Assembly (NCBI GenBank): GCA_964016885.1
Contig: OZ024742.1
Coordinates: 173,228,001 to 173,292,000 of the forward strand
DNA length: 64,000 bases
Direction: 5' to 3'
From: Eledone cirrhosa
Taxonomy: Eukaryota
This document shows positions 53,893-64,000 of this stretch, piece by piece. The stretch's first letter is position 1, and every line of letters begins with the position of its first letter. A program made the position numbers and the translations under genes. A model generated the notes under the pieces. The model saw only the letters and a program-made list of their open reading frames with translations. It was not told where the DNA came from and searched no databases.

Positions 53893-55338
53893 TGCGCGTG
53901 TGCGTGTGTATATACAGATATTCATAAGGTAACAAATGGGGAAGACGAAGTATAAACAGTTTTTCTCGTTAGACACGTGTCTGAAAACGTATATTTGTAG
54001 AATCACGTGTCAGATAAATAATGTTATATCATTTTATTCTTGTTTTTTATTGCATTATATGTTTATGTGATATCAACCACAATATTCATAACACTTAGCG
54101 AATGTATTTAAATATGGTTTCTTGAAAACGCTTATGGATTATACTAGTGATATGATGATGTGTCTATTAATGTTGATTACTAATTTACATTGAGCTCGAA
54201 ATATTAACTTTGCCTTTCATCCTTACGGGGTCGATAAAATGAAGTACAAGTAATACATTGGGGTAATTGTGTGCCAAAAGTAGAAACAATTATTTACCTT
54301 TCTCATTCATATATCTATATGGACGATGCATGCAACAAACACTCATGCAAAGATAAATCAGGTTATAATATGTCAGTTCACCTCTCCATTAGTAAGATAA
54401 GTTAACCTCAATGAATTTTTTCCATTCTCTCTTCGGGGACGAATAGTTATAGAAGCAGAGTATTTATAATTCAAATTCCAGTAAGGCCAACGATTAAAGT
54501 TATAGTTTTTGTTTGGGATTCCCGGGGAGATATCTCTTGAGGTCAAGCACCTATGTGGAGTTAATTAATTGAACATTTTTTTGTTTTCTCCACTATGGGT
54601 GTATACTTTCTGACTGTATTGAATCGTTCGTAGATGTGTAAATAAAAAAAAAATATTAATCTTTGATATTATTGAATTTTGAAACACACACGTACACAGA
54701 CACACACATACACACAAACCCCCCCCACACACACACACACACATACTCGCACACACACACACACACGCAGACACGCACGCACAGACACACACACACACAT
54801 ACATGTGGAGGCACGTGGCCTAGTGGTAAGAGTGTTTGACTTACGATCATAATTTCGTGACTTCGATTCTTGAGTTGCGTGTTGTGTTCTTGAGCGAAAC
54901 AACTTATCTTACGTTGCTCCAGTATACTCAGCAATAGGTGGGGATTTAACTTTACAGTGGACCGGTGTCCTGTCCAGAGGTCAGTCTTGTACTCTAGGTC
55001 GATTGACTCCATGAACGCGGGATAAGCACCGGCTAAATGAGCCTTCTGGCTTAAAACGTGCTTTAGGCTTTTGTATATGTATATTTAATATATATATATA
55101 TATATATATATTTATAAATATATATATATATATATATATTTATAAATATATATATATATATATATATTAGTGAAATATTGAAGAATGACGTAGTCGGCTG
55201 TACAAAAAGGGTTTTATTTCTAGTATTAACAATCGTTTCGTTGATCAGGTGTGTCTAAAGGCCGCTAATCACTCAGCGTTGTGTCACTCGACCTTACATA
55301 CAGTGCTTGCCTCTGATCAAAGCATCGGAATACTGCCG

Positions 55339-55375
<37 letters not shown>

Positions 55376-55377
<2 letters not shown>

Positions 55378-56089
55378 AATATAAATTAGCGAGAATCGTA
55401 TTTCAGCTCAGGAATTAACGAAAATCAACGGCCGATATGTGTGGCAAGCGCTCGATGATTCATGTGAATCAGAGCTACAACATACGTTAAGGGCCAAACA
55501 CACTGAGATGATGATTAAACAGATCATCCGCACAGCCAAAACAAACGACCAAGTAATTCGGGTCAAACAATAAAAATATATGTGTTGATAACTTAACCGG
55601 ACCCGGGACTGATGGTAAAATCCAGTATTTGGTTTCTGCGACTCCAAAATCAGGTACTGTCCGCCTACATAAAGAATGTTGGGCTTCTGGTATGATGTTT
55701 GAACAAGGAAGCCGTGTTATCATCGAGTTTTTGCTCCAAAATGCTATACATTAGTGTGGCTATTGCTGACCCCACGTGGAGTTCAGCAAGGGAGGCAACA
55801 CCTATATGAGGCGAATGATTCAGTTGTGTATAATATTGCGAGAATGCAAAATATCACAAATCGAATAAAGCTCTCGACAGAATGGTTAAATATAACAGAG
55901 CTATTCAACAGTCAATAGAAGCGACTAAAAAAATCAATAAAATTAACTGCTCAATAGCTAGACTCTGGAGATTAATACAAATATAAATTAGCGAGAATCG
56001 TATTTCAGGTCAGAAAATAACGAAAATCAACGTCCGATATGTGTGGCAAGCGTTCGAACATTCATGTGAATCAGAGCTACAACATACGT

Positions 56090-56091
<2 letters not shown>
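55376..56091. mobile_element. ~600-bp unit plus 113-bp partial tandem, TA-flanked
   Basis: 55978-56090 repeats 55376-55488. Homologous to 4396-4978. Confidence 0.75.
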
Positions 56092-56124
<33 letters not shown>

Positions 56125-56867
56125 TCTGTTGAATATGCATGCCAATTCTAACACATATATATCCTAGAAACGATCGTTAAATAATGAACTTTTTTTGTTT
56201 AATATAAGGAACTGTTTCATTGTTTTATTCATTATTTTTTTTATATTTTATCTTGACTCTGTATTCCGTTTATCTTTCACCGAAAGTGATTTTTCATTGC
56301 ATCTCTTCTTTCCATGATATCCGGACTACATTGAGTTCTTCATACGGATTGGACACTACCGTAAACTCTTGGTAGATTTATCTATATATATATATATATA
56401 TATATCCATATAGTTTTGTGAGTGTGTGCGTATGGTACGGATACAGATATGAGCTGATTGTTGCTTTCTATCATTCGTTTAAGTATCCGTTTACATAGAC
56501 TAAGATACACACACAGAAACAAGTTGAAACACAAATACAAAAAAAAAAACAGTAACGAATATATATATATAAATATATGAACTTTTAAATAGGGGATGTC
56601 AATGAGAGGCAAAATGGACATTAACAAAGATAAAGAATAAATGAAAAACAAGGCAAGCTGTAAATCACCTTCAAGATTATATTGTTGAATCTTTTCTTAA
56701 CCTATATAAACGCAAACATTGTGTTTATAGGTTGGAGATATTGTACAATATAAACAAACACACACACAAACACACAAACACACAAACACGCACAAACATA
56801 CATACAAACACAGACACACACACACTCATATAAATGAATGTATGTGTGTGTATATATATATATATAT

Positions 56868-57488
56868 AAGGAAAAAAGATAAAATCCAAAATGCAATTGG
56901 AGTCTTTTTAGAAGAATATATATTTATCTGGTTCCTTTACCGGTCTCGCAGTTCTTGTGTTTTTCGAAAGTAGAATTGGGATGGAGGATTTGTGGTTTTT
57001 CTCACACCTGGTTGGTGTTCGAATGTTACTTATGTTTTATATGGAAAAAAAGTGGCGCGAAATGCTAGGTTTTTAGAGGACTAATTTTTTATTACAAGAC
57101 TCCAGTTGCATTTTCGATTTCATCTTTCTTCCCTATACTTTCACTCGTGTTTTGTTTTCATTTTGTAAAAAATATCACTTTCTAATATATATATATATAA
57201 TAAATGTAATCTAAGTTTTTCGAATATTAATAATAACTTTCGATTCGTTTGTAATTAGGCAAATAAGTCTGAATTGTATAGCCATGTCAGTAGAATGAAC
57301 ATTTCATTATTGCTCTTATGTTGGCATGAATGACATAAGAGCAAGAATGAATTGTTCATTCTACTGACACTGCTATAAAATTCAGGCTTTTTTGCATAAT
57401 TGCAAACGAATCGAATGTTATTATTAATATTCGAAAAGCTCAGATTACATTTATTGTAGTCAGCCATGTAGGGCGAAATGTTCTCTTT
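56868..57488. mobile_element. two adjacent head-to-head mini-insertions (56868-57185 and 57200-57488)
   Basis: The first belongs to the 28202-28420 family, in both orientations. The second is a palindrome of the 26941-28131 family. Each is bounded by (TA)n. Confidence 0.75.
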
Positions 57489-58903
57489 ATATATATATAT
57501 ATAAATACATACAGACACACACTGACGCACACATACATATGTAATAAGAACATACTTGCCAGAGTTCTTAAAGATTTCTCTTTGGAACTACATGGTTACA
57601 CTAATGTTGATATAGTCACTAATAGCTTGATATAGTCATGGAAATTCCGCATTTTGTGAATTTATCTCTCCTTTGAAACGTCTATCGCTGTGAACATATG
57701 TCAAAGTTATATTGAGCCTGTCAGTGGATTGAGATAATTGCAAATTTTGCATTTACATAGCTAAAACTAAATTTAACATATATACAGCGTGTTGAGTTTC
57801 TTGGATCAATGTAGGATCTATGGCTGAAGGGGAATGTCATTCTATTCTGTTGTAGCTACTGACTCTGTCATAATCCCAGTGGGAAGACCAGTGAATACGA
57901 TTAAATTGCAACAAACATGATAGATCTATTGGTCGAAATGTGTGGACAATATAGACAATGCAGATTAGAAAGGATCATTATATATATGATGCTGTATGCC
58001 TATAATTCTTAACGTGATGAGAAACACATTATTGTATCCTGAATTCTCGACCATTACTTGGAAGTTGGCTCCTGTGCTGTACCTCACCCAGCTTCATCAC
58101 AAGAATAAAGCTATTGGTCATTTTAAAGGTTGTCAACAAGCTAAAGAGTCCCATATACCTCGGATTTAATGCGTTGAAATGTCCGTGATCTCCAACAGAC
58201 AACTGAAGAAGGGATTGTCCCTCGTCTGTGCTTTGTGATTTTCTTTTATAATCCTGTGATTGGGTGATTTCTTGTTTGTTTGTAATGTAACACAGCCAAA
58301 GGGGCGCATAACGGGAACATATTTTGGAAGGGAATTGCCCCCGAAATGGGAATAACAAAATTCGAGTAAATCGGACCCTGGGTTCACGAGATATAGGGGT
58401 TTTCCGGATAACTTCATAAACAAAGAGAGAGAAAGACAGACAGGAAGAGATAGTGGTTGTGACACAGTAGATTGAAAGAGAGACATATAAAGAGGGAGAG
58501 GAGACAGAGATGGTAAATGGAAAAGAGCTGGTGGTGGTGTTGTGTATATATATATATATGTGAGATTGTATATATATATATATATGTGTGTGTCTGGGTG
58601 TGTGTGTGTGTGTGCGTGTGTGTGTGTATATATGTGTGTGTGTGTGTGTCTATGACCAGTGTATATTGATCACAGACACCCATATATATATATATATATA
58701 CACACACACGCATATACATATATCTATATATATACACGCACACATTTATATTTATATATATATATATATACATACGCCAGTTTCATTTTACATTATATAC
58801 ATGTGTGTGGATATTTTAATTATTTAAAAATAATTCTTAAGCGAATTTGATTTGTTAAAATATTTTGAAAGGAACGTAACCCCACCTTTTTACGGGTGGT
58901 CTA

Positions 58904-58987
<84 letters not shown>

Positions 58988-59120
58988 GCAAAGGTTTTAT
59001 TCAAAATTGTTGGGTTACAACAAGTAAATATTTTATAACTGATATAAAGCACTCGACAAGTTTTTGAAGTAGATATACGATATTAAACAAATGGAAACTA
59101 TATTTATAAAACCATATTTA

Positions 59121-59182
59121 TTTCATTATACATATTTCGGGGATACCATATTAAAAATATGGCATACCTTCGTCAGATAAAA
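59121..59182 (-). ncRNA. type I hammerhead ribozyme (left arm)
   Basis: Reverse complement of 59337-59398 with one substitution. Confidence 0.85.
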
Positions 59183-59336
59183 TACAATATATAAACAGTT
59201 TTATAAATAATTTTGACGTACCATAAATATGAGCGACCATTATGTATGAAGCTGGCTTGGTAGCCAGCTACCTACATAATGGTCGCTCATATTTATGGTA
59301 CGTCAAAATTATTTATAAAACTGTTTATATGTTGTA

Positions 59337-59398
59337 TTTTATCTGACGAAGGCATGCCATATTTTTAATATGGTATCCCCGAAATATGTATAATGAAA
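59337..59398 (+). ncRNA. type I hammerhead ribozyme, canonical core
   Basis: TTTTAT-CTGACGA-AGGC ATGCCATATT TTT AATATGGTAT CCCC-GAAA-TATGTA-TA-ATGAAA. Confidence 0.85.
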
Positions 59399-59474
59399 TA
59401 AATATGATTTTATAAATATAGTTTCCATTTGTTTAATATCGTATATATATATATATATATATATATATAACTAA

Positions 59475-59918
59475 TCATAAAGTAAGAAGAAATAGTAGAC
59501 ACAGATATATACCTATTTTCTTCTTCATAGTCCCGACTTCACAGTTTCGCTGGTCAGTATGCAACACTCTTATATAATGGAGATGCAACATTGTTGTGAG
59601 GTAAGTCAGCTTTTCAAAGGAACGCCTCTCGGAAAGACCGCTTCCAGAAACGTCCGTAGCAAGCGAGGAAATCTCAAAAAGGCGGAGGGAGATATTATCA
59701 CGTGACACACCGGTTAAGAAAGTGGACTAAATCCCTTGTAGCAGTGAAAAGTATCTCAGAGGGCGGAGGGAGATATTGATAGTCCAGAATTAGCCGTCGA
59801 AACGGCTTCAGCTCAGCCGTCGGGGTCTTAATCGTTCCTATTATCCACTCTACTAACCTAAGTATTGAGTACTTTGGTGCGTTATGGTCCACCTGGTTCC
59901 TTACAACATTTCCTTCTT
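59475..59918 (+). mobile_element. TA-flanked repeat with decayed HHR (family also at 16617-16692 and 35483-35624)
   Basis: GGCGG..CCGTC-GAAA-CGGCT TCAGCTC AGCCG-TC-GGG at about 59752-59825. The 5' core is eroded. Confidence 0.55.
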
Positions 59919-61150
59919 TATATATATATATATATATATATTGTTAGTGTTGTTAGTATGGCCCATTACGCTCTGCGTTCCAATCTCTCCGAGGTTAGCT
60001 TTGCCTTTTGTCCTTATGAGGTCGATAAAATACAGTACCAGTCACGCATTGGGGTCGATTTAGTCGACCTTCCCCTCCCCAAACTGTGCTGGCCTTGTGC
60101 CTAAAGTACAAGCAATTATTATTATATTTATGTTTTTCAATATACAACATTTTCGTATTACATTTTTTTCGACTTGTATATGACTTCCATACATCAATGG
60201 ATATTAATAAATGAGCACCATTACAGACGTTCTATATTCTTCCCATTATATATACCGATGTTGGCACGGACTACTTTGATTTATGTCTTCATGATATTTA
60301 TTTTACTCATACTGAAAAACTAAAACATTATTTTTAAGGTTAATGCAATTTATTTGCCCGTGATGGTAATTATTATTAATTTTTTCCTCAAGAATGCACT
60401 AAAGAAGAGTTGCTATGATATTTAATAGATTCGGCTTTAGGGGCCAGTCTTCAAATGTATATCTCGACATTCTATATGACGCCATTCGTTGATTACTGTA
60501 AAATTACAGCACAGGATATAAGCTTAGCGCGAAAGTTTACGGGCATCGGGAAAACGTTTCCGTTAACTGTTCTCACGAGAGATTTGACTTAAAATGTATG
60601 TATTGTTAATTATACAAATATTAACATTCGTAGCGTAATTATGTTGTGAAATTGTTGTGTCATTTAAGCCATTCAGAAACACACAAACTTTACTCTATAT
60701 TTGTTTTATAGTTCTTGGTTTGTGGGTGCAGCATAGCAGCGAGTTTACAAAGTTACCGGTAGACCCCACTGTGTGGCATCTTCAGCATGTATCATGTGAT
60801 ACAAATGCATGTGGACACACGTATTGTGAGTGAAATGTTCTATCTTATCACGAGAGAATTACGTTAACAGTTCACGTGCATATGAGAGGCTCAGACATTT
60901 ACGTCGAAATATTGTGATCAAGCTGTTTTGTTGATAGAACAATTGGATCATACATCTGTGCAACTGACGCAAGTACATTTTATTATTCCTATATATGATT
61001 CTCATATAAAGAAACTAATGGTTTGACTGAGATTACAACGATTGCAGGTATGCAAAAATAAATATGTATATAAATATATATATATATATATATATAAGTG
61101 TGTGTGTGTGTATGTACGTGTATGATTGCACATGTGTATGTGTGTGTCTA

Positions 61151-61245
<95 letters not shown>

Positions 61246-61468
61246 ATATATATATATATAGTTAGATATATACATAGATATAAGTGAATGCTTGTTCGTT
61301 TTTCTAATATTTTGACTTCAATTTAATATACAGGTGAAATATTTTCACTCTCTCAACACTACTGGAAACTTTCCATAATCTTTGATGGAGTTTCCAAAGG
61401 AATGGCAAGCAGCCATCCCTGGAAGGCGGACTGTGAATATTAATTTTGTTTTATAAAATGTTCGCAGC

Positions 61469-61675
<207 letters not shown>

Positions 61676-64000
61676 TATATATGCACTCACGCGCGCGCAC
61701 ACACACACACATATGTGTATATATATATATAAGTATATATATTGCATTATATCATTCAAGTCTATATTTTGGTGTCAAATGCAGGTTCCGGGTAGTTCGT
61801 GGAGAGGAAAGCGATTAGGTATACTATCGTTAAGCTACCTAGATACAAACAAATGTAGATAACTTTAGAGATGAAATATATATACTGACAGATAGATTCT
61901 TTATACATAGAGAACGAAATAGATATATTAGGACGGTGAATGTTAAGATAAATTAATGTATAATTATTCATTTTGAGACCGATAGTTGGGATGGACTTAC
62001 CTCTGTTACTACGATGAACACATTGTCAACGTGTAAGTTGCTGAGCATTCCACATTCCCTTCTACCCATAGCGTAATTTCAGTGATATTCAGTGTTACAG
62101 AATGAGTGACAGAGCTGGCTCTTGGAATTACAGCTACAGTCCATCCGACAGACAACCAAATATGAAAATATTTGATCAAGCTCATTAGCTATATGTACTT
62201 ACTGCTGTCATTTTCTTTCATTATAATTTCCCACAATTATGGGAGTATTTTACTTGTCGAGGCAATGATATATTGGGAATTGTCAGAGTCATTAAAAATT
62301 ATTATTCTTTGCCCACCTGAGCGGGTCGTGGTTATAAAGTCTTCAAACACTCTTTCCTGCGAGTCCTGTCTGAAGGAAACCTCTCCAACTGATCTGGCTG
62401 AATGCCCAAGCGAGTCCAGCACGATGTCTACACCTAGGTCCTCTACCGGTTGGAGTTTCTCAGAACGGTCTCGGCAGTAACGTTACTCGTTAGTATACGT
62501 AGCTCTGAGATCAGAGAGCCACTCCAGGTAGAGCAGCTACTTCTCTGGTTTCAGAGATCACAGTTCCGATACCATGGGCATAAGGTTATAATGTCTAAGG
62601 GAATAATCACTGGGCATATTTTAGGGTAAAATCATATAGAACGAAACCACGAGGTTGGATAACATCCATGAGCTTGCTTAGTCTTGCCTGGGACTTCAGC
62701 CGGATCAGTTGGAGACGGTTGCTTTTGAGGTCACAGCTCCGATTCTATGGGCATGTGGAGTCGTTAAATCTTCAAATTAAATGCCTTGGTATTCATTCAT
62801 GCTCTCTGAGACCTGAATTGAAATATCGACAAGGATTCTAAACATTCCTGTTCCAGAAATAAAGTACCAATCTAAAGTAGGAGGTGGACTGGTAGAATTG
62901 TTAAACTTTCTGAATGGAGTCTTTACTGTATCTAATATATCGGGCAGACAGAATCAGGATTGGTGGGAACAACAAAAACATTGTGATCATGGCTTAACCT
63001 GAAGATCAACTCGTTTGTTTCTAAATAAAGGCGTAGAAATGCAATCTCGTTTGCCGGGTTTCTACCCTGAAATAAGTATAAACTGAAACAGCAAATATAG
63101 ATTTCTAATCTAGGTAAAATGTAATGAGAGTTCAAAAAGTGCAACATTGATGTAATTAATTCTAGTACTCTTAAGGTGTATTGTCTCAAACCCGGAATGA
63201 TGACATGTAAAATTATTCTCGTGACAACTTGATTGTATTGAGTAAGAGAAATGCCGTAGTGACATTATATACGTCGATCTACCAATTCTATTAATCAGCC
63301 ACACTTTGCAACTGCAAATATTGTACTCATAATGTTCTCATTGCAAAATCAGTTTGTTTGATGAATAATAATCTTACATTTCGCTCAAGCGAATTTGTTG
63401 AAGAAAAATACAAACATATCGACTTAATTATACAGTTATTTTACCACTATGTGCTGAAGAGTGGAATCAATGTTTTTCTGGGTTTGGAGTTAGATTTATT
63501 TCCATTATATTATCTGGCAGAAAAGGCGGTGGGTTGGCAGAATCGGGAGAGCACCAGACAACATACTCCATAGCATTTAATAACGGCCAATTACGTTTTC
63601 AGCACAACTCTCCCCATTGTAAACTTTGGTTTTCCCCACTCTGTACTCAACAGTTTCAGTAACATATAGAGGTTGGTATAAACCATCTCCCCTTCGTCTA
63701 AATCATTGTCCTAGTTCCTAAGGTAGAAATCCTTATATTATTTTGGAGAATATTTTTAGGGGTTCCTACAAAATGACTCCCATTGCTGAAATTATTGTAT
63801 TTGGGTTGTTCATGAATAACTACTGAATAATGAGTGAATGAGTAACAGTGTTGCACAGAAAATCCCTTATAGCAGTATAACTTGGTGAAAATTTCTTAGA
63901 AACTGCGTTAATTTGGGGCCCAAAAGAAACACAATATGCTTTCAAAGTAGAGGACGATGACAAAATTCAGATTTAGTTAGGAGGAGATTATTCTATAGTA

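Larger units (their letters stand above)
50935..55341. repeat. three tandem ~1.45-kb units separated by (TA)n
   Basis: Units start at about 50935, 52401 and 53890, and each ends ...ATACTGCCGGAA before (TA)n. Confidence 0.95.
58988..59442. mobile_element. near-perfect ~370-bp palindrome of an HHR-bearing pLTR
   Basis: Arms 59074-59257 and 59262-59445, with centre AGCTGGCT TGGT AGCCAGCT. The left arm has an extra ~85-nt tail running to (TA)n. Confidence 0.9.

Noticed and set aside
57550-58490. Host gene exon from ORFs 58029-58358 and 58166-58486
   Set aside because: No recognisable domain or clear splice structure; possibly an old transposon remnant, so left uncalled.

Overview
This is AT-rich, microsatellite-dense animal genomic DNA, most likely octopus or another cephalopod (inferred from the Nin-domain tRNA SINE and the (TA)n/(CA)n/(GA)n load). 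No host protein-coding gene is supportable, and almost all short ORFs are microsatellite translations. The window is dominated by Penelope-like retroelements (PLEs; RT + GIY-YIG). These include one intact 860-aa ORF (30683-33265, minus) joined head-to-head to a second copy that runs into a 200-N gap, several decayed Naiad-type and Neptune-type copies, and many short non-coding 3' fragments. Reading both strands by eye gives about 25 type I hammerhead ribozyme (HHR) motifs from about a dozen sequence families, ranging from canonical to core-variant to decayed. One family is a non-coding 474-nt tandem 'retrozyme-like' unit. The recurrent architecture is a head-to-head insertion: two arms of the same family join at their 5' ends, and both 3' ends run into (TA)n microsatellites. 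It occurs about 14 times, at scales from about 20 bp to about 6 kb. The window also holds tRNA SINEs, a Dong/R4 3' fragment in (ATT)n, an RTE fragment, a hAT MITE and a 1.5-kb triplication. All alignments and folds were done by eye; element boundaries are approximate.
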